Source: Desulfoscipio sp. XC116 | Lineage (GTDB): Bacteria > Bacillota > Desulfotomaculia > Desulfotomaculales > Desulfallaceae | Direction of reading: 5' to 3' | Assembly (NCBI RefSeq): GCF_039851975.1 | Contig: NZ_CP156660.1 | Location: 1,647,035-1,679,034, forward strand | DNA: 32,000 bases | Shown: piece after piece, positions 7,872-16,747 of the stretch | How the letters are laid out: every line of letters begins with the position of its first letter | How positions within the stretch are numbered: position 1 is the stretch's first letter | Program-made: the position numbers and the translations under genes | The notes under the pieces: generated by a model | The model's input: only the letters and a program-made list of their open reading frames with translations | Told to the model about the DNA's origin: nothing | Databases searched by the model: none

Positions 7872-10800
7872 CTATAGCGCGTTTAACATGGCTACGAATT
7901 GTTGGTTGGTGCAGCCCTTGACGTTTATTGCTCCGCAACGGCAAGAAGACGAACAGGCGCCGCACCCTTTACACAGGGCTTCATTAACCACAGCTACTTT
8001 TTCCACCGGATCAACTTGCACGGCTTTGGCCGGACAAACTGCTTCACACTCGCCGCAGCCGGCGCACTTCTTAGTATTGACAAAAGCGCACTTGCCTTCC
8101 ACGGTAATAGTGCTTTTGGCCAGAATTGTACAGGCCCGTCCAACGGCGGCTTTGGCTTGGGCAATGTTTTCATCAATATTTTTGGGTCCGTGAGCCAGCC
8201 CGCACATGAAAACACCATCCGTGCTGAAGTCCACCGGACGCAGCTTCATATGTGCTTCCAGGAAGAAACCTTCCTGATTCAACGGAACCTTGAAGAATTT
8301 AGACAGCTGGGTATTGTCATTGGGCACAATAGCTGCCGCCAAACCGACTACATCAGCATCAATTGTCAAGGGTACGCGCAACACATGATCCATAACAGTA
8401 ACTTTTAACTTGTCGCCGTTAGCTTCAACCACAGGCTTATCATTGATTGAATAGCGGACGAAGATTACGCCCTTACGGCGAGCTTCGGTGTACATGTCTT
8501 CTTGGAAGCCATACGTCCTAATATCGCGATACAGAATGAAAACATTGGCAGTGGGATTTAATTCTTTGATTTTTAAAGCTTGTTTGATGGATTTGGTGCA
8601 GCAAATCCGACTGCAATAGGGACGTTCGCTATCCCGGGAACCAACACATTGTATAAGAACGAAGTTATTCGAGCCTGCAAGTTTACCGCCGGCCAAATCT
8701 TCTTCAAGTTCCAGCAGGGTTTTAACTTTATCATTTTGACCATAGAGATATTCATTGGGTTTGTACTCTTGAGCACCGGTAGCAATAATGGCCACACCAT
8801 GCTTAATTTCATCACCGGTGGATAATTTTGTTGCGTAGTTTCCTACAAAACCTTGAATATCAGCTACTTCAGTACCCGTATATACACTAATTAAATCGTT
8901 GGCGTTTATCTGGCTGGACAGGTCGGCCACAAATGCTTGTACATCATCGCCATTCATGCCGTACTTGATTCTGTTGGCAATACCGCCCAACTTGTCTGAT
9001 TTTTCCACCAGGCTGACCTTATAGCCTTGCTTGGCCATGCTTAATGCCGCGGTCATACCGGCAATACCGCCACCGATTATCAGAACGTCGTGGTTCATAT
9101 CTAGGGTTACCGCTTGAACCGGCTCTAACAACGCAGCTTTATAAATAGCCATTTTAACCAGGTCTTTAGCCTTGGCGGTAGCCTTTTCGGGTTCGCGCAT
9201 GTGCACCCAAGAGCACTGGTCACGAATATTGGCCATTTCAAAGAGGTTGGGGTTCAGGCCGGCTTCTTTTAATGTTTCCTGGAACAATGGTTCGTGTGTT
9301 CTCGGGCTGCATGAGGCAACGACCACACGGTTAAGATTGTGCTCATGAATTGCTTGCTTAATTAACATTGCCGTATCCTGTGAGCAGGTATACATGTTGT
9401 CATCTGCAAAGGCCACACCAGGTAATGTCTTAGCGTATTCAACAACTTCGGGTACATTAACAATACCACCAATGTTGATACCGCAGTGGCAAATAAACAC
9501 ACCTGTACGTACAGGTTCGCCGCTGACATCTTTCTGCGGCGGGTATTCTTTTGTTTTTACCAGCGTACCTCTGACATCCGCCAATAATGAACCGCAATCA
9601 CTGGCAGCAGCGCTGGCCTGCATTACAGTTTCGGGAATATCTCTCGGGCCGCTGAATGCACCGGCTACAAATACGCCCGGCTTGCTGGTGCCAACACCTG
9701 TGAGATTCAAGGGTTCGGCAAAGTTATATTTGTTAAGGCTAATACCTACTTCACCGGCAAGTTTAACCATGTCTTGAGGTGGATTCATGCCAATGGACAG
9801 TACAACCAGATCGAAATCCTCTTCTTGAATTGTGCCGTCTTCGAAGGTATAGCGGATCTTGACGTTGCCGGTGCCATCGTTGGCATCAACCAATTCGTAT
9901 ACCCTGGAACGTATAAACCTCACACCCTGCTCATTTTGAGCCCGTTCGTAATATTTTTCAAAATCTTTACCGTAAGTTCTCATATCCATATAGAATATGG
10001 CGGCTTCCAATGGGTATGGAGCATGCTCTTTAGCAATGACCGCTTCTTTTATGGCGTACATACAGCAAACCGATGAGCAGTAGCCTTTGCCGATTTTGCA
10101 GTTGCGCGAGCCGGCGCATTGAATCCAGGCGATCTTTTTCGGTTCCTTATGGTCGGAAGGACGCATTAAGTGGCCGCCGAACGGACCGGATGCGCTTAAT
10201 ATACGTTCAAATTCAAGGCTGCTCACTACATTAGGCAGTTTTCCATAGCCATAATAATGCAGCTCGGATGAGTCAAACTTTTCAAATCCGGGACATAGCA
10301 GTACTGCGCCGACTTCAATTTCAAACTCTTCCGCCTGCATATTGTGGTTAATGGCATGCGCCAGGCAGGCTTTCTCACACTGCAGGCACTCTGAGCAAAC
10401 ACCGCAATTGAGACAGCGCTCAGCTTCTTTCTTAGCTTGTTCCAATGTATAGCCGTTGGATACCTCAACAAAGGAGCTGACTCTGTCGGTTATTTCCGCA
10501 TGCGAGATATGATCCGGCTTTTTAGTGGGTATACTTTCATTCTCAAATCTGAATGGTACAATATCTTCCTCTGGGACTTTAAACTGCCTGTCGGCTTTTA
10601 AATCGTTTCCTCCCAGATATAAGACAATTGAATCGGAGGCAACTTTACCGGCTGCTATAGCTTCAACAACCGTTTTGGGACCGGTTACGGCATCGCCGCC
10701 GGCAAAAACGCCGGGCATATCTGTAGCCAATGTTTCAGGGTCGGCTGCCAGTGTGTTGCCTCTTCCTTTACCAATGCCGGTATTCTCTACCGCCTGTGCG

Positions 10801-12293
10801 TCAGGTCGTTGTCCAACAGCTAAAATGACTGTATCAATATCCATTGTGTATTCACTGCCGGATACTGCTACAGGTCTTCTTCTGCCGCTGCTGTCGGGCT
10901 CACCCAATTCATTTTGCAAGCATTCAACTTGGGTTAACTTGCCGTCCTCACCAATAAAGGTTTTGGGACTGGTAAGCATGGTAAATATTATGCCTTCTTC
11001 TTTGGCTTCAGCAATTTCTTCCGGTAAAGCGGTAATCTCGGCTTCGGTTCTGCGGTATACAATGCTTACTGATTCCGCGCCTAAACGTACAGCTGTCCTG
11101 GCACAGTCCATGGCTGTATTACCGCCGCCGATTACAGCAACTCTCTTGCCAATTTTAACTTTTTCGCCAAGAGCATTTTGCCTTAAAAATTCAACGCCGT
11201 GAATTACTCCTCCCAGATCCTCACCGGGAATTCCCAGCAACGTTCCCTTGTGAGCTCCAATGGCGACAAATACTGCTGAGAAACCGTCATCCATGAGACC
11301 TTGAACGGTGATGTCTTTACCCAAGCGGGTATTGTAGACAATTTTAATACCTAATTTCTCAAAAAGTCCAAATTCAATGTCCAACCATTTTTTAGGCAAT
11401 CTGTATTCCGGGATACCGACACGCATCATACCGCCACCAACCGGCAGTGCTTCGTATACAGTTACGCCATAACCTTTTTTGGCCAATTGATAAGCGCAGG
11501 ACATACCTGCCGGACCGGCGCCGATGACAGCAATTTTTTGCTCTTTTTGCTCTTCCACTTGGGGCAGCGGTAAATTGTCCAAACTGTTGTAAGCATAGTC
11601 CGAGGCAACTCTCTTAAGCTGCATAATGTTGATTGGTTCGTCAATTGTTGCCCGGTGGCATTTGGACTGGCACGGGTGGGTACAGACCCTACCGCATGCG
11701 GCCGGGAAAGGATTGTCCCGATAGATCAATTCCCAGGCTTCAGTAAATTTACCCAGCTTGATCAACTGCACATAACCTTGCGCGTTCACTCCTGCAGGAC
11801 ATGCAGCGCGGCAAGGCGGGGTGCCGACCTTATCAATTACGTAAGCGTTGGGAAAAGCCTGTGCGTAATGCTTGTAGATTGCTTTGCGAGATTCCAATCC
11901 CTGGTTAAATTCACTTTTTACTTCAACAGGACATGCATTTGCGCATTCGCCACAACCAGTACATTTGTCTAATTCAACGTAACGCGGACGCTGTTTAATC
12001 TTAACCTTAAAATTACCAGGTTCACCTTGAATATCTGCTACTTCAGCGTAAGTGTGCGTCTCTACATTTAAGTGACGCCCGCATTCTACCAGTTTGGGCG
12101 ATAAGATGCACATGGAACAGTCGTTGGTAGGGAAGGTTTTGTCCAGCATTGGCATGACGCCGCCAATGGCAGGCTCTTTTTCAACTAAATGCACGTAATA
12201 ACCTGATTCAGCCAGGTCAAGCGAGGCTTGAATACCGGCTATGCCCGAACCAACCACTAATACTGCTCCGGCTTTATCGGGTTTGGTAGTCAT
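7872..12293 (-). CDS. hdrA: Giant HdrA-like flavoprotein: HdrA with a GltD-type NAD(P)H oxidoreductase module inserted, followed by a second HdrA-type module
   Basis: 1473-aa ORF. HdrA start [37 protein letters not shown]; GltD-like insert [90 protein letters not shown]; HdrA continues [17 protein letters not shown]..; second module [66 protein letters not shown]. Confidence 0.93.
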   Translation of the reverse strand: MTTKPDKAGAVLVVGSGIAGIQASLDLAESGYYVHLVEKEPAIGGVMPMLDKTFPTNDCSMCILSPKLVECGRHLNVETHTYAEVADIQGEPGNFKVKIKQRPRYVELDKCTGCGECANACPVEVKSEFNQGLESRKAIYKHYAQAFPNAYVIDKVGTPPCRAACPAGVNAQGYVQLIKLGKFTEAWELIYRDNPFPAACGRVCTHPCQSKCHRATIDEPINIMQLKRVASDYAYNSLDNLPLPQVEEQKEQKIAVIGAGPAGMSCAYQLAKKGYGVTVYEALPVGGGMMRVGIPEYRLPKKWLDIEFGLFEKLGIKIVYNTRLGKDITVQGLMDDGFSAVFVAIGAHKGTLLGIPGEDLGGVIHGVEFLRQNALGEKVKIGKRVAVIGGGNTAMDCARTAVRLGAESVSIVYRRTEAEITALPEEIAEAKEEGIIFTMLTSPKTFIGEDGKLTQVECLQNELGEPDSSGRRRPVAVSGSEYTMDIDTVILAVGQRPDAQAVENTGIGKGRGNTLAADPETLATDMPGVFAGGDAVTGPKTVVEAIAAGKVASDSIVLYLGGNDLKADRQFKVPEEDIVPFRFENESIPTKKPDHISHAEITDRVSSFVEVSNGYTLEQAKKEAERCLNCGVCSECLQCEKACLAHAINHNMQAEEFEIEVGAVLLCPGFEKFDSSELHYYGYGKLPNVVSSLEFERILSASGPFGGHLMRPSDHKEPKKIAWIQCAGSRNCKIGKGYCSSVCCMYAIKEAVIAKEHAPYPLEAAIFYMDMRTYGKDFEKYYERAQNEQGVRFIRSRVYELVDANDGTGNVKIRYTFEDGTIQEEDFDLVVLSIGMNPPQDMVKLAGEVGISLNKYNFAEPLNLTGVGTSKPGVFVAGAFSGPRDIPETVMQASAAASDCGSLLADVRGTLVKTKEYPPQKDVSGEPVRTGVFICHCGINIGGIVNVPEVVEYAKTLPGVAFADDNMYTCSQDTAMLIKQAIHEHNLNRVVVASCSPRTHEPLFQETLKEAGLNPNLFEMANIRDQCSWVHMREPEKATAKAKDLVKMAIYKAALLEPVQAVTLDMNHDVLIIGGGIAGMTAALSMAKQGYKVSLVEKSDKLGGIANRIKYGMNGDDVQAFVADLSSQINANDLISVYTGTEVADIQGFVGNYATKLSTGDEIKHGVAIIATGAQEYKPNEYLYGQNDKVKTLLELEEDLAGGKLAGSNNFVLIQCVGSRDSERPYCSRICCTKSIKQALKIKELNPTANVFILYRDIRTYGFQEDMYTEARRKGVIFVRYSINDKPVVEANGDKLKVTVMDHVLRVPLTIDADVVGLAAAIVPNDNTQLSKFFKVPLNQEGFFLEAHMKLRPVDFSTDGVFMCGLAHGPKNIDENIAQAKAAVGRACTILAKSTITVEGKCAFVNTKKCAGCGECEAVCPAKAVQVDPVEKVAVVNEALCKGCGACSSSCRCGAINVKGCTNQQFVAMLNAL

Positions 12294-12380
12294 CTTTGCA
12301 TCACACCCATCCTCCTAGTTTCGGCTTTTGGTTAGGTTAAATACCATCACCCACAGGGACAGGAAGTTATTCCCTTGCTA

Positions 12381-12460
12381 TTGAGGCGCTTTGTGAATGG
12401 CATACCTTTTTATGATAATTTCTACATAGTTTCATTAATTCCTTTAAATGAACGCCTCAA
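12381..12460. other. Long-range inverted repeat in the leader upstream of the giant hdrA
   Basis: TTGAGGCG (12381-12388) and CGCCTCAA (12453-12460), 8-bp perfect arms between the acs terminator and the hdrA start. Confidence 0.4.
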
Positions 12461-12492
12461 ATATCAAAAATTAAACATTGTAACAAAAAACT

Positions 12493-12534
12493 TATCGTAA
12501 CAAGGCAACCACTAATAGTAGCCTTGTTACGATA
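12493..12534 (-). terminator. Rho-independent terminator after acsE
   Basis: 14-bp perfect arms TATCGTAACAAGGC/GCCTTGTTACGATA followed on the minus strand by AAGTTTTTTG. Confidence 0.88.
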
Positions 12535-12558
12535 TGATTAATTCATGGTATAAATATA

Positions 12559-13353
12559 CTAACGCTGTCTAAATGTTTTCAGGTAAGAATCACAATAGAT
12601 ATCTTGGTTCAGTAATAATTTGGCTGATGCAACGGCATCCAATAACTCATCGTCATCCACATCGGCAATGGCTGAGTCAAGACCATTGGCCATGCTCATG
12701 ATGAGGAAGGTGCGGTTGATCAGATGGCGGTTGGTGCAGCGCTGGGATGCGTTGCTCAGTCCCATGGTGGTGCGGGGTGCCGGGTCAGCCAAAGTCTTAA
12801 TCTGCCTTAATGTTTCCAGCACTTCCACGCCGTGCTCCTGGGCTACGTTGCAGGGCAGCATTAGCGGGTCGATGTACAAATCTTCCATGGGTATACCGTT
12901 CATGTCGCAGTTAACAACTATCTCCATAGCCAGGGCTACCCGGTCGGCAGCGCTTTTAGGCACGCCCTTTTCGTTCATGGCTAAACCGATAATAGCTGCG
13001 TTGTATTTAGCGGCCATAGGAATATAAATATCCATTTTCCATTGGTCCGCAGTCGTTGAATTAATCATGGCTTTGCCCTGGTGTACTTTTAGGCCTGCTT
13101 CAATAGCATCGGGGTTGGTGGAATCAATGCAGCACGGCAGGGGAGCAGCTTCCTGGGCGATTTTTACCAGCCACTCCATGACGGCGGGCTGATCTTCTTT
13201 TTCCACAGTCGGTCCGGTGTTGATATCAAGATAGGTAGCGCACTTTTCATACTGGCGTTTGGCCCAGTAATGGACAGACTCAGGATTTTTGTTCTGGATA
13301 GCTTCCTGGATATCCTTGAACATGCCATTGATCCGTTCACCAATAAGGATCAT
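12559..13353 (-). CDS. acsE: Methyltetrahydrofolate:corrinoid/iron-sulfur protein methyltransferase
   Basis: 264-aa ORF, pterin-binding methyltransferase features (MILIGERINGMF, YLDINTGPTV, CCIDSTNP, PRTTMGLSNASQRC) and location. Confidence 0.95.
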   Translation of the reverse strand: MILIGERINGMFKDIQEAIQNKNPESVHYWAKRQYEKCATYLDINTGPTVEKEDQPAVMEWLVKIAQEAAPLPCCIDSTNPDAIEAGLKVHQGKAMINSTTADQWKMDIYIPMAAKYNAAIIGLAMNEKGVPKSAADRVALAMEIVVNCDMNGIPMEDLYIDPLMLPCNVAQEHGVEVLETLRQIKTLADPAPRTTMGLSNASQRCTNRHLINRTFLIMSMANGLDSAIADVDDDELLDAVASAKLLLNQDIYCDSYLKTFRQR

Positions 13354-13374
13354 ATTCTAACCTCCTTTTAAATA

Positions 13375-14322
13375 TTAATAAACATTGCTCTCCATCATTT
13401 TATCTATATGAACTTTGACTTGCTTTACTGTTTCAGGGTGGCGCAGTACAAATACTGATCCACCGGCTTGAGCAAATGTAGTGGTGGTGAGAACTTCCCA
13501 CAGGAGGGCCCGACGATCCTGGGCGCCCCATTCCGGCGATTCATCGTCCGGACTCTTGGCTTCCTTGGCTTTCCAGGCTTCCTGACCAACGAAGCAGATT
13601 ACCGGCATGGCCAACATTTTGTCGCCCATCAGAGCACCCATTCTGGATCTTTCCATAATGGAGTAGGCATATTCAATACCGTATCCCAGCGCTCCTACCA
13701 GCGGGTCGATGGCAATCCGGCTGGCCGGGAGATTCATTTCGGTCATTAAAATGTTAAGCTGCTTGGCCAGGTTAATATCCAGCGGGCTGGAAGCTATCAC
13801 ACTGTGACCGTTGACCATAGCGGTTGCTGTAAGGGTTTTATAGTTTTTCTCAGTGGCGCAGCCAATCAGGCAGTTTTTGCCATTCAGTGCCTCGCCTACT
13901 TTTTCCAGCACTTCGGCGTCTTTTTCTTCTACACCGCAGCCGACAAGAATCAAAGGCACGTTTACAGCTTCGGCCACTGCTTTAGCTGTGGCGGCGCACT
14001 CTTCCGGAGAAGCATCTTTATAATCAGGATGCGCGCTCATAAAACGCAGGGCAACAGCGTCTGCACCGTATGCAACGTTCTTTTTAGCCCAGGCCACGGG
14101 GTCGGCCAATACACCATCAAAAGGTGCCTTTAAGATTTCCGGCCAATCTACCGGTTCTAAATCCCATACTTCAAGTGCCAGGATAGGTTTATTGGGTATA
14201 GCCCCTTCAAATTGCAGAAATGGCAGTGTACTTTCTCCGCCGACTTTTACGGAAGAGTCGGCACCCAGCACCATTTCGCCCACTTTGCTAGTCCATTTTT
14301 CTTTAGCTATAGTAACAGCCAT
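13375..14322 (-). CDS. acsD: Corrinoid/iron-sulfur protein small subunit
   Basis: 315-aa ORF (LGADSSVKVGGESTLPFLQFEGAIPNKPILALEVWD), cluster context. Confidence 0.95.
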   Translation of the reverse strand: MAVTIAKEKWTSKVGEMVLGADSSVKVGGESTLPFLQFEGAIPNKPILALEVWDLEPVDWPEILKAPFDGVLADPVAWAKKNVAYGADAVALRFMSAHPDYKDASPEECAATAKAVAEAVNVPLILVGCGVEEKDAEVLEKVGEALNGKNCLIGCATEKNYKTLTATAMVNGHSVIASSPLDINLAKQLNILMTEMNLPASRIAIDPLVGALGYGIEYAYSIMERSRMGALMGDKMLAMPVICFVGQEAWKAKEAKSPDDESPEWGAQDRRALLWEVLTTTTFAQAGGSVFVLRHPETVKQVKVHIDKMMESNVY

Positions 14323-14366
14323 TGGTTCCGCTCCTTTCTGCGTTAAAAAAGCATAATTTTGCGGTG

Positions 14367-15134
14367 TTACAGTATGGCGGCTTTTTTCAGTATATCGTCA
14401 ACAACCGCCACAACCGGTGAATCATCGGGCAAATCTATCAGAGGTTTGCTTAACAGGTCAAATTCCATGACTTGTTCATCCAAAGGCATGGTAGCGATTA
14501 ACTCCAGGCCGGTTTTTTCAATTTCTGATTTGAGTGCATCAAAATTACTTATATTTACCCGTGATACCACCAAGTACATTTTTTTAATGTCCAGCTTTAA
14601 ATTATCTACTAATTCCTTAACCCTGCCGGCCGATCGAATACCCCGAGCGGAAGAATCACTGGTAATGAACAAAACATCAATATTTTGAGTAGTACGCCTG
14701 CTTAAATGTTCCATACCGGCCTCATTGTCCATTACCATATACGGGTAATTATTGCTCAGCTCGGCTACAAATCCGCGCAGCAAATTGTTGGCATAACAAT
14801 AACAACCTGCTCCTTCCGGACCGCCCATAACCAGCAAGTCCACATCATCACCCTCGGAAAGCGATTGATGTACTTTATAGGCTACGAATTGGTCTTTGGT
14901 CATGCCTGCCGGCAGGGGCTCCAGGTTATTATTGATACGTACCATTATATCGGCAATGGAGCCCTCAATTTCCATGCCCAGCGCCTCGTTTAAATTGGCG
15001 TTGGCATCGGCGTCCACTGCAAATACCGGTTTCTTACCGGATTTAATTAATTGTCGGATAATAAGAGAGCATAATGTGGTTTTACCTGTACCACCTTTCC
15101 CGGCCACTGCTATGTTAAATGACATGATGTGCAT
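14367..15134 (-). CDS. cooC: CooC-like nickel-insertion/maturation P-loop ATPase
   Basis: 255-aa ORF; AVAGKGGTGKTTLCSLI, DADANANLNEALG, CYCYANNLLRG, MDNEAGMEHLSRRT. Confidence 0.88.
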   Translation of the reverse strand: MHIMSFNIAVAGKGGTGKTTLCSLIIRQLIKSGKKPVFAVDADANANLNEALGMEIEGSIADIMVRINNNLEPLPAGMTKDQFVAYKVHQSLSEGDDVDLLVMGGPEGAGCYCYANNLLRGFVAELSNNYPYMVMDNEAGMEHLSRRTTQNIDVLFITSDSSARGIRSAGRVKELVDNLKLDIKKMYLVVSRVNISNFDALKSEIEKTGLELIATMPLDEQVMEFDLLSKPLIDLPDDSPVVAVVDDILKKAAIL

Positions 15135-15231
15135 CCTCCTTTTTTGGTATATAAGTTATTATAACTCATTACAGGATGGTCATTGGCCACACCGCTCAAC
15201 AAAAAAATTGCACTAACCGCATTAATGTTTA

Positions 15232-16554
15232 TTAAGCATTCCAGCGTTGCTTAATGAAGGAAGGAATACCGGCGGATTCCCGCGGGCCAACCAGCACTTC
15301 CCAGCCGCTGAGTTCCTGAAGCTTACCGCTTAATACAGCTACACCGCCGGGAATGATAATTTTCTTATGGGAGACTTTATCGGCAATGCCGCAGGAATTT
15401 AACATATCCGTAATTTTCTCAGGTGTAAATTTACCAGCGGCCCAGCCGGTTAATACAGATATACCGTCGGTGTCCACCGGCATGATGTAAGCGGGAATAC
15501 GTCCGGCTTCCACGTCGCCCTGTACACAGAAGTAGGTTAATGAGAAGTTGGTGGTTACAAATACCGGAGCATCCGGACCGGGTGTACCTACTTCATAAAG
15601 CTTGGACTCCACGGCAATCGGTTTTTGCGGGTCGGTGTAAATGTTCAGACGCAGAGTAATCAGCGGCAGCACGTCGGCGGGATCGGCGGTGTTAAGAACC
15701 ACGATACCGGCGTACTTGGCAATGTATACACCTGCGTCAACAATGGCCTGGATAGGATCCGGGTTATCCGCAAAAGTAATGGTGGGATAACCAAAGGGGC
15801 GGAACTTTTTCAGTGCCTGCCGGCGAATCTGGGTTTGGTCGGCCAGCACTTTATTTACTTCCCGGGCACCGGAATCAAGGATAAGTTTCTTGTAGCCGGC
15901 TTTTTCCACAAGCGCAGCCAGCTCGTTCAGGTCGGCGCCTTTCACAACCAGCGGGGCGTCATATTTTTTCGCCAGGGCAAGCATAGCATCAAAATTAGCA
16001 GCGTTGGCGCCGCAAATAAGCGGTGCATTGGCACCGGCAACTTCCAATGCTTTTTCCATGGCGGCCGCGTCTTCACTGATCAGCATCAATGCGAAATCAG
16101 CGTTATCCTGAACCGTTTTAACTGCTTCAGCAAACTTGGCGGCATCGCCGGAGGCGTTACTTACAGCTACCAGGTTAACTTTGTGAATTTGACCCACGCG
16201 GTCAAAGACCAGCTTGTTAATAGCCTGAACTTTATCGGCAATATCGCTGTCATTGTCATTAACAGTGATGGCAATGCCCGTGGGATGCTCAAAACGTTTG
16301 TCATGACGGAAGAGCACGGTTTCGTTGCCCAGCTCAATTTCTTTTTCACCTTTGCCTATTTTAACTAATGCAACCGGGGGTGCCGATGCGGAATCGAGGG
16401 CTTCCTTAGCGGCATCACTAACGTGCGGGCATTTGTCCAAGCTGGCTTTGCCACTGGCCAGTTGCATGGCAAAGGCCAAGCAAGTCGGCTGTCCACAATC
16501 TTTACAATTTGTTTTTGGTAGTTGTTTAAAAATCTCTAAACCTGTTAAACCCAT
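15232..16554 (-). CDS. acsC: Corrinoid/iron-sulfur protein large subunit
   Basis: 440-aa ORF; N-terminal 4Fe-4S motif TNCKDCGQPTCLAFAMQLASGKASLDKCP and C-terminal corrinoid-binding region. Confidence 0.95.
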   Translation of the reverse strand: MGLTGLEIFKQLPKTNCKDCGQPTCLAFAMQLASGKASLDKCPHVSDAAKEALDSASAPPVALVKIGKGEKEIELGNETVLFRHDKRFEHPTGIAITVNDNDSDIADKVQAINKLVFDRVGQIHKVNLVAVSNASGDAAKFAEAVKTVQDNADFALMLISEDAAAMEKALEVAGANAPLICGANAANFDAMLALAKKYDAPLVVKGADLNELAALVEKAGYKKLILDSGAREVNKVLADQTQIRRQALKKFRPFGYPTITFADNPDPIQAIVDAGVYIAKYAGIVVLNTADPADVLPLITLRLNIYTDPQKPIAVESKLYEVGTPGPDAPVFVTTNFSLTYFCVQGDVEAGRIPAYIMPVDTDGISVLTGWAAGKFTPEKITDMLNSCGIADKVSHKKIIIPGGVAVLSGKLQELSGWEVLVGPRESAGIPSFIKQRWNA

Positions 16555-16636
16555 TACTCCAAACTCCTTTCTCGATAATCGCTTGTCATATATGCGGCCA
16601 CATATGCGGAGCTTAGTTGGAGACAGACCCTATATT

Positions 16637-16666
16637 GGGGACATAGCTCATAAGAGATATGTCCCC
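16637..16666. repeat. REP-like palindrome in the acsB-acsC intergenic region
   Basis: GGGGACATA-G-CTC-ATAA-GAG-A-TATGTCCCC (9 bp + mismatch + 3 bp, tetraloop), flanked by outer GGAGACA (about 16618) and TGTCTCC (about 16686). Confidence 0.75.
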
Positions 16667-16747
16667 TTTACGTTGTTGGGTGGCGTGTCTCCTTCTGTCT
16701 TGTTCCGTCATTAGCGTGCCGGAAACTCGAAAGGAAATACTATGCTG

